Shown here: in pieces, positions 1 to 9,340 of the stretch
Layout: each line of letters starts with the position of its first letter
Position numbering within the stretch: the stretch's first letter is position 1
Virus record (IMG/VR): IMGVR_UViG_3300032307_000369
Location: 62,001 to 126,000 of that record
Length of the DNA: 64,000 bases
Direction: 5' to 3' (one strand)
The notes under the pieces: generated by a model
Seen by the model: the letters and a program-made list of their open reading frames with translations, nothing else
Databases searched by the model: none
What the model was told of the DNA's origin: nothing
Position numbers and translations under genes: made by a program

Positions 1-2
1 AA

Positions 3-251
3 GAGTACTTGAATAGTTTTGGTGGCGACCGCACTGTGATTGTTAAAATCAATCCTGCAGATGTTGTTAGTATTCCCACTGACTATGACTTTAGCAAGGG
101 TCGTGCTTGCCGATACGAAGTTATTGGTGAGTTGGGTGTACATCCAGACGATGCTTTCAAAGCACCTGTTCAAGATGAAGCCTACACACAAGAGCAACTG
201 GATGCCGCAGTTAAGGCCGCAGTTGAAGCCGCTCTTAAGGTAACACAATGA
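3..251 (+). CDS. rIIB: rIIB-like protein, C-terminal part (5' truncated by window)
   Basis: VKINPADVVSIPTDY..KGRACRYEV resembles the conserved C-terminus of T4-like rIIB; frame is open to the window edge. Confidence 0.7.
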   Translation, partial: EYLNSFGGDRTVIVKINPADVVSIPTDYDFSKGRACRYEVIGELGVHPDDAFKAPVQDEAYTQEQLDAAVKAAVEAALKVTQ

Positions 252-424
252 TTAGACTTTGGTTAGCCTTTGCTATCCTTGCCGTCCTGATCCATTTGGG
301 TATCACTACCTGGAGGAATTTGGAAGGCAAGGAACGTTGGACCTTGACAAAGTCTGTATCGTATAGTATAATTGTCGCATTGCTAGCCGTGCTAGCAATG
401 ACTGTAATCGTAATTCTTTTTTAA
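248..424 (+). CDS. small 2-TM membrane protein (58 aa, below ORF-track cutoff)
   Basis: ATG overlaps the rIIB stop (ATGA); MIRLWLAFAILAVLIHLGI...SIIVALLAVLAMTVIVILF. Confidence 0.7.
   Translation: MIRLWLAFAILAVLIHLGITTWRNLEGKERWTLTKSVSYSIIVALLAVLAMTVIVILF
344..372 (+). promoter_or_regulatory. sigma70-type early promoter
   Basis: TTGACA-N17-TATAAT, perfect consensus, inside the upstream CDS. Confidence 0.75.
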
Positions 425-432
425 GGATTTAT

Positions 433-519
433 ATGATTGATGATCGTTGGTTGCGCCCACTGTATTTTGCTTTGGGGTTTGCTGTTTGCTTCTTTCTTTT
501 TTCACAAGGTATTATTTAA
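433..519 (+). CDS. 28-aa single-TM peptide
   Basis: AAGGA SD then MIDDRWLRPLYFALGFAVCFFLFSQGII*; fills the gap before the SPFH gene. Confidence 0.55.
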   Translation: MIDDRWLRPLYFALGFAVCFFLFSQGII

Positions 520-520
520 A

Positions 521-1315
521 ATGAAACGTATTTTTACTCTCTCTATTCTTGCCGCCGCAGTTTTGGCAACGGGTTGTACTCGTATTGAAACTGGTGAGGT
601 TGGTGTTCGTGTTGGCTTTGACAAACAAGTCCAAAGTGGCGAACTATTGCCAGGTTCTTTCAATCAGGTCTTGATTGGTGACGTGCTCACATTCCCAATC
701 AAAGATGTTAATGTCAAATTGGAAGACATGACTCCTGTGGCTAAAGATAACAGCACAATGAAAGACTTTGATGCTGTGGTTATCTATAACATTAACCAGG
801 CGCAGGTTGCTGAACTTTACAGCACAAAGAGTCAGGCATTCCATGCCCGCCACAATGGCGACATCTACTTGATGTATAACTACATTGTTCAAACTACTCG
901 CAATGCTATCTACAAAGAAGCACGTAAGTACGAAGCATTGGACATGGCAGACAATCGTCAACAAATGGAACAGGCTATTAAAGAGCAGATCCAAAAGTCA
1001 CTCGCTGATGAAAAGCTAGATGGCAGTTTGGTCGTTGGTCAAGTCTTGATCCGTAACATTGTGCCAGCTGACTCAGTTGTTGAAAGTGCTAACGCATTGG
1101 TTCGTGCTAAAAACGAATTGAAACAGAAAGAAGTTGAAGTTCGTACTGCCAAGATGGAAGCAGAACGTATGCAGGCATTGAGCAATCAAGGTGCTCAGAG
1201 TATTGCCTACATGCAAGCACAGGCTATGATGAACATCTCTGAAGGTATTAAGAACGGTAAAGTTCAGACTATTGTTGTGCCAAGCAACATGACTGGCTTG
1301 ATGATTAACAAGTAA
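521..1315 (+). CDS. SPFH/band-7 (prohibitin-like) lipoprotein
   Basis: lipobox LATGC, IETGEVGVRVGF, coiled-coil tail; start moved to ATG 521. Confidence 0.85.
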   Translation: MKRIFTLSILAAAVLATGCTRIETGEVGVRVGFDKQVQSGELLPGSFNQVLIGDVLTFPIKDVNVKLEDMTPVAKDNSTMKDFDAVVIYNINQAQVAELYSTKSQAFHARHNGDIYLMYNYIVQTTRNAIYKEARKYEALDMADNRQQMEQAIKEQIQKSLADEKLDGSLVVGQVLIRNIVPADSVVESANALVRAKNELKQKEVEVRTAKMEAERMQALSNQGAQSIAYMQAQAMMNISEGIKNGKVQTIVVPSNMTGLMINK

Positions 1316-1316
1316 T

Positions 1317-1763
1317 ATGAAACTGTTCGGACGTAGTAGCGGATACTATCTATTCTGGACAGGCTTTGTATATTTCTGGATTGGCATGTATCTTGCTTTT
1401 ACGCAAGTTGCCCGTCCAGAAATTGCCACACTAGGATTTGTACTAGCTCTTAGTGTACCACTTTGGTGCCCGCCAGTTGCTCGTTATTTTAACATGGAGC
1501 CTTTAATGTTTGATTGGTTTAAAAAGAAAGAGTATTCTAACGTGGTTAAGTTTCCAGAACCTAAGGCAGTGCCTGATATCCCTTATGTTGCGCCTCCTGA
1601 GCCAGAAAAGCCTGCTAAAATTTTCTATCGTATTGGTGTGACAGACAATAACCGAGTTGCGTTTAGTATGGGCATGTCTGAAATTATCATGACCAAAGTA
1701 GGTTGTCAACAAATGATTGATCAACTTGAAGTATTCATGAATCAACTGCCTGACGAAGAATGA
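1317..1763 (+). CDS. hypothetical membrane protein
   Basis: two N-terminal hydrophobic segments; possible second in-frame start at 1506 (GGAG...ATG). Confidence 0.6.
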   Translation: MKLFGRSSGYYLFWTGFVYFWIGMYLAFTQVARPEIATLGFVLALSVPLWCPPVARYFNMEPLMFDWFKKKEYSNVVKFPEPKAVPDIPYVAPPEPEKPAKIFYRIGVTDNNRVAFSMGMSEIIMTKVGCQQMIDQLEVFMNQLPDEE

Positions 1764-2032
1764 TTAATTTTAATTTTTCTATTTCAAATCCTTGGAGTCA
1801 TCGTTGGAAAACTCTTTGGTGTAAGCACAGTCTGTTGTCAATCTACAAGGCAGTAGAATTTAATGGATATAAGACAAATACTATAATTACTGTTGACTTT
1901 AATTTAACTTCCCAAACTGACCATGCTGGACTACGATTGATGTTAGGGTTGTTTGGTTACGAAATAGAAGTTCATTTTTACGACACACGACACTGGGATA
2001 ATGAAAAGGATTCTTGGACCGTGTACAATTGA
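1760..2032 (+). CDS. hypothetical protein
   Basis: ATGA coupling to the upstream gene. Confidence 0.6.
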   Translation: MINFNFSISNPWSHRWKTLWCKHSLLSIYKAVEFNGYKTNTIITVDFNLTSQTDHAGLRLMLGLFGYEIEVHFYDTRHWDNEKDSWTVYN

Positions 2033-2213
2033 TGAGGCAATGATGGATAAAATTACACCATTTCGAAACTGGGTACGTGAAACATGGTTAGAAAACTGTG
2101 AAGAACACTTGACATATTCCGAAGATCCTTATACAATAAAACAGTATTGGGACAAGTACAAATGGTGGCTCAAAAGAGAATTTAAATATCAAAAGGCAAA
2201 AAATGACAAATAA
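2001..2213 (+). CDS. hypothetical Trp-rich protein
   Basis: operon packing; true start may be a downstream Met. Confidence 0.55.
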   Translation: MKRILGPCTIDEAMMDKITPFRNWVRETWLENCEEHLTYSEDPYTIKQYWDKYKWWLKREFKYQKAKNDK

Positions 2214-2469
2214 GAAATTTGAAGAGCTTAGTGAAGACGAATTTAAAAATTTGAAAATTGAGTTCGCTCCTGGATGCTTTGACAATTTTGAAGGCACACA
2301 GGAAGAATTGGATGAATTGGTCAATTCAATTAAAGATATGTTTGCATCAGGTGAAGCACAGAAAAAAGCTCGCCCAATTGATTTTGATGATATAAATGAT
2401 GAAGATTTAGAGTTGTTAGAAAAGTTCATTCAGATGGAAGACAATTCAGATAAGAGAAATTTACAATAA
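2203..2469 (+). CDS. acidic hypothetical protein
   Basis: AAGG SD, operon packing. Confidence 0.6.
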   Translation: MTNKKFEELSEDEFKNLKIEFAPGCFDNFEGTQEELDELVNSIKDMFASGEAQKKARPIDFDDINDEDLELLEKFIQMEDNSDKRNLQ

Positions 2470-2906
2470 TGAAAGCACAGACACCAGCAGAAGGAATTCT
2501 AAAAACTAATGACTATGGTGATTCAAAATGGTATCAAGTAGTATGCGGTTGCGGCCAACCAGATCATTCATTAACTGTTGAAGTAGAAGCAGACGACTCG
2601 GGTGTTAGTGTTAATACCTATGCTACAGTTAAAACAGACTATTGGACTGACAGCGTTAAAAAACGATATGATATTGACAATCCTTGGCTACAAGAGTTTG
2701 ATTGGTTTTGGAAAGATCTAGTAAACGGATTAGTTACTAGACTAAAACTTACATGGGAAGTTTGGTTCAAAGGATATGTTCAAGCAGAAACTACCACACT
2801 CATGAGCAAACAACAAGCTCTTAATTTTTCTGAAACATTGAAGTCTGCTGTTAAAGATGTTGAAGATTTTGAGTTAGGGAAAAGAAAAATTTCAAAAGAA
2901 AGTTAA
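2469..2906 (+). CDS. hypothetical protein (CxC..H motif)
   Basis: TAATG coupling; VCGCGQPDH. Confidence 0.65.
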   Translation: MKAQTPAEGILKTNDYGDSKWYQVVCGCGQPDHSLTVEVEADDSGVSVNTYATVKTDYWTDSVKKRYDIDNPWLQEFDWFWKDLVNGLVTRLKLTWEVWFKGYVQAETTTLMSKQQALNFSETLKSAVKDVEDFELGKRKISKES

Positions 2907-2914
2907 ATGATTTA

Positions 2915-3109
2915 ATGAATTCTTTAGAACGGTCAATAACAGCCACTATACTAATTGGTTTTATATATGTGGTTCTTTTCTACGATTTTATTGACCACTC
3001 AAATATAGTTGTTTATGATTGTGAACTAATAGAATATTATCACAATGTTCCCAAAGAAGTTAAAAAAGAATGTGATTCTCTAAAAAAAGTTCCACCCTTA
3101 ATAATATGA
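2915..3109 (+). CDS. small membrane protein
   Basis: N-terminal hydrophobic segment. Confidence 0.5.
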   Translation: MNSLERSITATILIGFIYVVLFYDFIDHSNIVVYDCELIEYYHNVPKEVKKECDSLKKVPPLII

Positions 3110-3633
3110 TTAGCAAAAGTCCAGAGCGGCACACCTTTCAGAAAAACGCATACATTAAAAGATGTCAGGAAGAAGGCAAAGTACCAAGCCCTGAAATTAT
3201 TCAAATGTATGAAACTTGGGCCAATGAGCCCGAGTACGAAAATCGTCCAGTAAACGATTTAGAGTACGACCTGCGTACCACTGAATGGATTTTGGCTAAG
3301 GCACGAGCTAGCGATTCGTATGCCCAAAATATCTATGCCGCATTGTGTAATATGCGTTGGCAAAAATTAGATGTGTTGCCAATTTTGAAAGATGAATTTT
3401 GGTCGTGTTCATGGCGTAGTGCAGGTGGCATTGTTGCAAATATGCTACAAAAAGGTGACTACATGGATTGGTATTGTAGTGGTATGGGTGGGGTTGCTAC
3501 ATACGATTTGCAAGAAGGTGAAGCGTACATGGCACGAATGAAGTATGTTCCAGAAGCTACTGTGACTGAAGAGATTCGAGAAGACTTCCAAAAATTAGGT
3601 TGGGTCCCAAATGAGTGGCCCGAAGACGAATAA
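3106..3633 (+). CDS. hypothetical phage protein
   Basis: ATGA coupling; YAQNIYAALCN..WSCSWRSAGG..DWYCSG. Confidence 0.65.
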   Translation: MISKSPERHTFQKNAYIKRCQEEGKVPSPEIIQMYETWANEPEYENRPVNDLEYDLRTTEWILAKARASDSYAQNIYAALCNMRWQKLDVLPILKDEFWSCSWRSAGGIVANMLQKGDYMDWYCSGMGGVATYDLQEGEAYMARMKYVPEATVTEEIREDFQKLGWVPNEWPEDE

Positions 3634-3649
3634 TCGGTAAAATCAGTTG

Positions 3650-3678
3650 TTGACAACCAACAACTCTGACTGTATAAT
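3650..3678 (+). promoter_or_regulatory. sigma70-type early promoter
   Basis: TTGACA-N17-TATAAT, intergenic; AAGGAG SD downstream. Confidence 0.85.
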
Positions 3679-3708
3679 ATATACATATTGTTAATTAAGG
3701 AGCTCTAA

Positions 3709-4920
3709 ATGGCGACAAAAGCACCCGTTAAAAAATCTCGTGTGACCAAAAAGCAAGTTATTGCACATCGTGTGAATGCTAAGAAAGACCACAGCCCTGT
3801 TTGGGAAGGTGTGGAAACTATGACTGCTGAGGAATTTGGTCGCCACTGGCGCAATGCTATGTCATACTATCGTTTAGAGTTTAGTGGTAAAGATCTCAAG
3901 CCCAAAGTCATTGACTGGATGGGCAAAGTAGGCTACGACAAAGATACAATCAAAGCCTTTAAAGACACAAAGGACCACCGTTGCAATAGCACAATGGGTG
4001 GACTAGCCGCTTGTTTGCTTCGTGGCATGCCAGAAGTTCGTGCTGATTGGAACGAAGGACGTAATAGTGCTGATTGGTTGAAAGCTTCTATTAAGAAAGC
4101 AATTGAAGAAGGAACGTCAGACGAAACTGAAGAAGAACTTGCTGAAGCAAAATCAAAGAAAGTTGAAGTGTATGTGCCAAGTATTCAAGAACGCTTGCGT
4201 GAATCCGCTGGAAACATGACTGAAGAATTGGATGTTGCTATTGACGATTGGATCAGTAATCCAGAGCAATTTGATCCAAAAGCATTTAAGGTGACCAATC
4301 TGTTGCGTGGCAAAGGTGCTAAGGCAGCTCATGCTCGAATCATTAAAGGCTTTTATACTAATAGCCAAGCAGAGTTGTTAGAGCTTGCTAGTGGCAATGC
4401 TGATGAACAATTGAAAGAAGCTTATAGTCATGTGGCACGTAAGAATGTGCGCAAACTGCTTGAGTTCTATCAAGCAATTATGGATGCTTGTGAACAAATT
4501 GGTGCGGAAGCTAAACTTAACAAGAAGCCACGTGCTAAGAAGATCGTGCCTGCAGAAAAGTTGATTGCTAAACTTAAATTTTGCAAAACTGATGACAGCC
4601 TTGGAATTGTGTCAGTGCCGCCGGCACAAATTATTGGCGCACAATCTATGTTTGTGTACAACATTAAGACTCGTAAATTTGGACAGTACATTGCTTTGAA
4701 CAGTTCAGGTTTTGCTGTTAAGGGCACAACTGTTACTAACTTTACTGATAAGAGTACACAGAAAACTTTGCGTAAGCCTGCAGAACAACTCAAAGCGTTT
4801 AAAGATATGAACACGCAAAAACGTTGCCAAACTTGGTTTGAAAAAGAAGTTAAGACTACAGAAGTTAAACTTAATGGTCGATTCAATGAAGATGTTGTAA
4901 TTTTGAAAGTGTACAAATGA
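3709..4920 (+). CDS. hypothetical early protein (403 aa, basic)
   Basis: long ORF, strong SD, own promoter. Confidence 0.75.
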   Translation: MATKAPVKKSRVTKKQVIAHRVNAKKDHSPVWEGVETMTAEEFGRHWRNAMSYYRLEFSGKDLKPKVIDWMGKVGYDKDTIKAFKDTKDHRCNSTMGGLAACLLRGMPEVRADWNEGRNSADWLKASIKKAIEEGTSDETEEELAEAKSKKVEVYVPSIQERLRESAGNMTEELDVAIDDWISNPEQFDPKAFKVTNLLRGKGAKAAHARIIKGFYTNSQAELLELASGNADEQLKEAYSHVARKNVRKLLEFYQAIMDACEQIGAEAKLNKKPRAKKIVPAEKLIAKLKFCKTDDSLGIVSVPPAQIIGAQSMFVYNIKTRKFGQYIALNSSGFAVKGTTVTNFTDKSTQKTLRKPAEQLKAFKDMNTQKRCQTWFEKEVKTTEVKLNGRFNEDVVILKVYK

Positions 4921-5171
4921 GTAAGGCAAAACATAAACCTTATCAGTGGATTGATGGGGAAACTGCGGATCGTATTACTAGCCTCAATCTAAAAGACTAC
5001 CGTGCTTATTTGAAAAAAGAATTAGCACAGTGGAAAAAGAATCCTAAGACAGAAGATAACCCAGACGGCTACTGGTTACATCCAGAAGATGTTACGGGTA
5101 ATATGCGAAGGATTGAAGCACTGAATTTGATTATTAAAGACTTTATTGAAACATCGGATGAAATAAAATGA
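4917..5171 (+). CDS. hypothetical protein
   Basis: ATGA coupling at both ends. Confidence 0.6.
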   Translation: MSKAKHKPYQWIDGETADRITSLNLKDYRAYLKKELAQWKKNPKTEDNPDGYWLHPEDVTGNMRRIEALNLIIKDFIETSDEIK

Positions 5172-5785
5172 CACTGCCAGATGAAAGATATCGGGCTGTA
5201 GTACAGACTCAAAGATTTCTATTGCAAATATTGACTACCCCTCGGGTTCCAAAGGCAGTCAAGGATCAAGCTAGGTATTGTTTACGCCACTATCCTAATG
5301 AATGGGATATGCAACGTGCGGCTGAAGGCAGTCCAGATGTTTTTCAAAAAAACATGGATGACCTGCATAAATTTTTGTTAAAAGGTAAAGTAATGAAAGC
5401 AAACGAATTGTTTGAAAATATTGAACAACTGGCAACAGTTAGTGATGAGGCATTGGATAATGCATACCATTATGGACGTAGTACTCCTGGTGCAAACTTT
5501 GGCTGGCTTGCTAATATTGAAAGTGCCAAGGCTGCTTCTAAATTGATTAATGCTGGGGAGACAGACATTGAAGTAATTGCAGATGCAATTCATGATGGTT
5601 GGAATATCACTGCAATAGCAGACTATAAGGGTATGCTAAAATTAGACACACCAACCCCAGACGAAAAGAAAGCAAAACGTTTTGCATTGGCAAGTAAGAG
5701 CTATGCACAACTCCCAGAAGACGAAAAAGAAAAGGATAGAGTAGTAGCAAGGGCACTGCTTAATTTTATTAAAGGTGTAAAATGA
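5168..5785 (+). CDS. fusion: BPSL0761-like N-terminal domain + RyR-repeat-like domain (internal start 5393)
   Basis: MTLPDERYRAV..PRVPK..LRHYP; C-terminal A..H..W and Y..LPE.EKEKDR. Confidence 0.55.
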   Translation: MTLPDERYRAVVQTQRFLLQILTTPRVPKAVKDQARYCLRHYPNEWDMQRAAEGSPDVFQKNMDDLHKFLLKGKVMKANELFENIEQLATVSDEALDNAYHYGRSTPGANFGWLANIESAKAASKLINAGETDIEVIADAIHDGWNITAIADYKGMLKLDTPTPDEKKAKRFALASKSYAQLPEDEKEKDRVVARALLNFIKGVK

Positions 5786-6222
5786 AAATTGGTCTGAGTT
5801 ATAGTCGTTGCGTTCGAGATATCGTTGACGGCAAAGTTGACCTTGACGATGTTCTAGTTATTATTGCTCGCACAGATTTTGATCCACATGACGATGATCA
5901 GTGGAAGAGCATTTGGGTTGGCTATGGTGGAGGCACAGAAAACGCTTACACACGTGGCTTTTTCAGTCATAGTAATCCAGAGTGGGCTGGATATGATAAT
6001 GAAGAAATGTTTCGGTTGATTAGTACTGAACTTTGGGATCAAGGTAAATTACATCAACCTAGAAAATTTGGAGCACATGCAAGTCGCCGACCAGAAATTT
6101 GGCTAGAAGCAGTTCTGCCTAGTAGTGAGTTAGAAACTAATCCTGCGGCTAAAATGGCATGGGACAAGTTTCAAACTATTGCTGGGTTGACAAACGTTGA
6201 ACTGGACGACAAGTATAAATGA
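5782..6222 (+). CDS. hypothetical phage protein
   Basis: AAGGT SD, ATGA coupling. Confidence 0.65.
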   Translation: MKIGLSYSRCVRDIVDGKVDLDDVLVIIARTDFDPHDDDQWKSIWVGYGGGTENAYTRGFFSHSNPEWAGYDNEEMFRLISTELWDQGKLHQPRKFGAHASRRPEIWLEAVLPSSELETNPAAKMAWDKFQTIAGLTNVELDDKYK

Positions 6223-6638
6223 AAATTGGATTTACATGTAGCACGTTTGATTTGTTTCATGCAGGGCATGTAATTATGCTTGAAGAAGCAAAGAAGCAAT
6301 GTGACTTTTTAATAGTAGGTTTACAAACTGACCCAACCATTGATAGACCCAATACTAAAAACAAACCGGTACAAGGTGTGTTTGAACGTTGGACCCAATT
6401 AAAGGCTTGCAAGTTTGTAGATCAAATTGTTCCATACAGTAGTGAAAAGGAATTGCTAGACCTATTGCAATCTTTTCCTATTGATGTTAGAATAATAGGT
6501 GAGGAATACAAAGACAAATCTTTTACTGGTGATCATTTAGATATGGATTACCATTTTAATGAAAGACGACATAGTTTTAGTACAACAGAATTGCGCCAAC
6601 GTGTGGTTGATGCAGAAAATAAAAAGGAAATAAAATGA
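6219..6638 (+). CDS. cytidylyltransferase (TagD/HIGH family)
   Basis: [18 protein letters not shown]...K.VD, FSTTELR. Confidence 0.85.
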   Translation: MKIGFTCSTFDLFHAGHVIMLEEAKKQCDFLIVGLQTDPTIDRPNTKNKPVQGVFERWTQLKACKFVDQIVPYSSEKELLDLLQSFPIDVRIIGEEYKDKSFTGDHLDMDYHFNERRHSFSTTELRQRVVDAENKKEIK

Positions 6639-7255
6639 GTTTAGTCCCAATGGTAGTTGAAAAAAGTAATCAAGGTGAACGAGCCTATGACATTTATAGT
6701 CGATTACTCAAAGACCGTGTTATATTTTTGAACGGCGAAGTAGAAGATTACATGGCAAATGTAATTATTGCACAACTACTATTCTTAGAAAGTGAGAATA
6801 GTGATTTGGATATTCACTTGTACATCAATAGTCCAGGCGGTAGCGTGAGTGCCGGTCTTGCAATTTATGACACTATGCAGTTCATCAAACCAGATGTATG
6901 TACGTATGTCATGGGTCAAGCCTGTAGTATGGGCAGTTTCCTAGCACAAGCGGGTGCTCCTGGCAAACGAGTAGTACTTCCAGAATCACGCACAATGATT
7001 CACCGTGTGAGCTCAGGTACACGCGGTACAAGTGGTAGTATTCACGTACAAGACTTGCAATTTGAAGATGCTAAACGTAGTTTTGAAGAAGCACAACGTA
7101 TCAACAAACGTCTAACAGAATTGTATGTACGTCATAATACAGTGGGCAAAACATACGAAGAGCTATTTGAAACTATGAAGTTTGATACTTTCTTGAGTGC
7201 CGCTGAAGCTGTTGCCAATGGTCTTGCTGATCAAGTGATTGCAAAACGTCCTTGA
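6635..7255 (+). CDS. clpP: Clp protease proteolytic subunit
   Basis: [31 protein letters not shown] (Ser), MIH (His), FDTFL (Asp). Confidence 0.95.
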   Translation: MSLVPMVVEKSNQGERAYDIYSRLLKDRVIFLNGEVEDYMANVIIAQLLFLESENSDLDIHLYINSPGGSVSAGLAIYDTMQFIKPDVCTYVMGQACSMGSFLAQAGAPGKRVVLPESRTMIHRVSSGTRGTSGSIHVQDLQFEDAKRSFEEAQRINKRLTELYVRHNTVGKTYEELFETMKFDTFLSAAEAVANGLADQVIAKRP

Positions 7256-7291
7256 CCTATCTGGTACGCAAATAAATATGCGTACTAGAGG
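7256..7291 (+). promoter_or_regulatory. hairpin with TAAATA late-promoter motif in the loop; 3' arm covers the SD
   Basis: ctggtacgca-AATAAATA-tgcgtactag, extendable by cct/agg. Confidence 0.65.
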
Positions 7292-7296
7292 AAAAT

Positions 7297-8376
7297 ATGG
7301 CAGGTCCAGCGTTTAACAGCAATCAGCTAATCAAAAACATACGTCCAGACCAACTGGACATACGTAAAGGGGAACTATCCGGAGATTTAATTTCGGGTGG
7401 TTCCATTTCTACGTTTGCTTCTACTGGTATTAAAGATGAAGCAACAAAAATTTCTCTTGTTGTCAAAGACAATGAAATAATTGTTGACAACATCACTACC
7501 AAACAATTATCAGGAAATATCTTAGTTGAAGGTAACTTACAAGTATCTGGTCAAATAACTGCTGACCGTTTACACGTTTTGGAATTGACATCTGAAAGAA
7601 CCTATGATAAGATGTATTTGGAATTTCAACCAGTAGACACTGCGAGAAACCCAAATGGTAGTGGTCTTATTTGGAAGGGCACAGACTACACCAAACTGTT
7701 TGTATTAAAGACTGATAAATTTTTTAGTAGCGAACACATTGATCTACACGCTGATAAAAGTTTTAAAATTGACAATGTTGACGTACTAACAAAAAATACT
7801 TTAGGATCAACTATACGAAAAAGTAGTCTTAGAGAGATTGGAACATTGCACCATTTAACAGTGAGCGGTGACGTAAGTTTGGCTGACTTTGTAACTTTTA
7901 GCAGTGATCAACAAAGAATATCAATTAACGTTGAACAACCTGTAGGTACCATTACTATAGGTGATATTATGCAAGACGTTATTATGAACATAGATGTTGA
8001 TAATGGTCGTGCTAAGATTGGTACTTATAATAATAGACCATTTGATTTAACTGCTGGTGATCAAACATTAGTAACGTTAGATCCAAAAGGTATAGTCAGT
8101 GTTGGACATGAGTATAAAACAGATACTGAAATTCGTCTTTATGGCAAAGTAGGCATCAATGTAAAACATCCTGAAGCAGATTTAGATGTTAAGGGTAGTA
8201 TAAGATTTGGTAATAAACTTTTCATGGTATATAATTCTCCTCCAGAAAAAGGTAACTACAAAAGAGGGGACATCGTTTGGAACGAATCTCCTTCAGTTAA
8301 TTCACCTTTAGGCTGGGTATGTATAGTGTCAGGTTCGCCTGGCAAATGGGCATCATTTGGGGACATTCATGAATAG
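7297..8376 (+). CDS. putative virion/tail-fibre-associated beta-rich protein
   Basis: GKVGIN..PEADLDVKG repeat; C-terminal GDIVWN..GWVC..SG.PG.W as seen in tailspike/fibre termini; late motif upstream. Confidence 0.55.
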   Translation: MAGPAFNSNQLIKNIRPDQLDIRKGELSGDLISGGSISTFASTGIKDEATKISLVVKDNEIIVDNITTKQLSGNILVEGNLQVSGQITADRLHVLELTSERTYDKMYLEFQPVDTARNPNGSGLIWKGTDYTKLFVLKTDKFFSSEHIDLHADKSFKIDNVDVLTKNTLGSTIRKSSLREIGTLHHLTVSGDVSLADFVTFSSDQQRISINVEQPVGTITIGDIMQDVIMNIDVDNGRAKIGTYNNRPFDLTAGDQTLVTLDPKGIVSVGHEYKTDTEIRLYGKVGINVKHPEADLDVKGSIRFGNKLFMVYNSPPEKGNYKRGDIVWNESPSVNSPLGWVCIVSGSPGKWASFGDIHE

Positions 8377-8716
8377 GCATATTAAAACAGACAAAATTAA
8401 AAAACAAACTACTTATTGGCTTTGGTTTGGACGAGTAAGTCCAATACTATTTCTTATTGGATCTTTTTCATTATTTGAAATTTTCAACACCGAAGTACCA
8501 TTCATTTTCTATTCCAGTTGGATAGTTTTCGTTACAGTATCATTAATTTGGTGGGCATGGGTACTTAGGACCATTTTAGAGTTTATTAAATTTTTTCAAG
8601 AAGTCAGTCTCTCTGTTGAAGATATAAAAGACAATATAAAAGAAGTTCAACAGAGCGTAACAACTTTGAGAGATTTTGAGATAGAAATAAACAAAAAGAT
8701 TGACAATCCTAAATAA
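8369..8716 (+). CDS. 2-TM membrane protein with coiled-coil tail
   Basis: two hydrophobic helices. Confidence 0.6.
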   Translation: MNRHIKTDKIKKQTTYWLWFGRVSPILFLIGSFSLFEIFNTEVPFIFYSSWIVFVTVSLIWWAWVLRTILEFIKFFQEVSLSVEDIKDNIKEVQQSVTTLRDFEIEINKKIDNPK

Positions 8717-8727
8717 TAATGTATAAT
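8700..8727 (+). promoter_or_regulatory. sigma70-type promoter with nested TAAATA
   Basis: TTGACA-N16-TATAAT; TAAATA at 8710. Confidence 0.7.
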
Positions 8728-8731
8728 TAAT

Positions 8732-8777
8732 ACATGCGGCCTTAGGCATTCATCCCGCAATATAAATTCTGCATGTC
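8732..8777 (+). ncRNA. candidate structured cis-regulatory leader of queD
   Basis: GC-rich island; tgcgg/ccgca stem, loop ggcat pairs with atgtc after an A-rich linker. Confidence 0.4.
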
Positions 8778-8800
8778 ATTGTTCATAAAGGAAAACAACA

Positions 8801-9340
8801 ATGGCAAAATATCTTTCAACAAAAACATACGGCAATGATCGTGGACTTTCATGCTGTTTCAGACAGTGGCGTAGCACACATAGTCACTGCTCATTACTAC
8901 ACGGATATTCAATTGGTATTAAATTAATTTTTGAATCCGAGACACTAGATGATCGTAACTGGGTTATGGATTTTGGTGGACTAAAAGCATTCAAAGAGTG
9001 GAGCGAATACATGTTTGATCATACTTTGGTGCTTGGTGTTGATGATCCACATTTAGAAAAATTTAAAACACTTGCGGCACTTGGTCTTAATGATGTGGGC
9101 GGAGTTTGCGACATTCGTATCGTAGAAGCTGTAGGCTGTGAAAAATTTGCTGAATTGGCTTACAAAACTATGCAAGACATTTTGGAAACTTTCCAAAAGG
9201 GCGAAGGTTGGGAACTAAAAGACCAGTCTGGCAAAACATTAAAGTTGTTCGGTGCTCGTTATCCAGTTGGCGCAGGTGTTAAATTGCGTTCAGTAGAAGT
9301 TTTTGAACACGCCGGTAACAGTGCTGTTTATGAAGGATAA
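8801..9340 (+). CDS. queD: 6-carboxytetrahydropterin synthase / PTPS family
   Basis: HCSLLHGY, WVMDFGGLK, FDH, GCE, VEVFE. Confidence 0.85.
   Translation: MAKYLSTKTYGNDRGLSCCFRQWRSTHSHCSLLHGYSIGIKLIFESETLDDRNWVMDFGGLKAFKEWSEYMFDHTLVLGVDDPHLEKFKTLAALGLNDVGGVCDIRIVEAVGCEKFAELAYKTMQDILETFQKGEGWELKDQSGKTLKLFGARYPVGAGVKLRSVEVFEHAGNSAVYEG

Noticed and set aside
437-520. Longer starts given by the ORF track (437, 9877, 11431, 12936, 40169, 42137, 53171, 53614)
   Set aside because: The extensions overlap promoters or upstream genes; the downstream starts fit SD position and family N-termini better.
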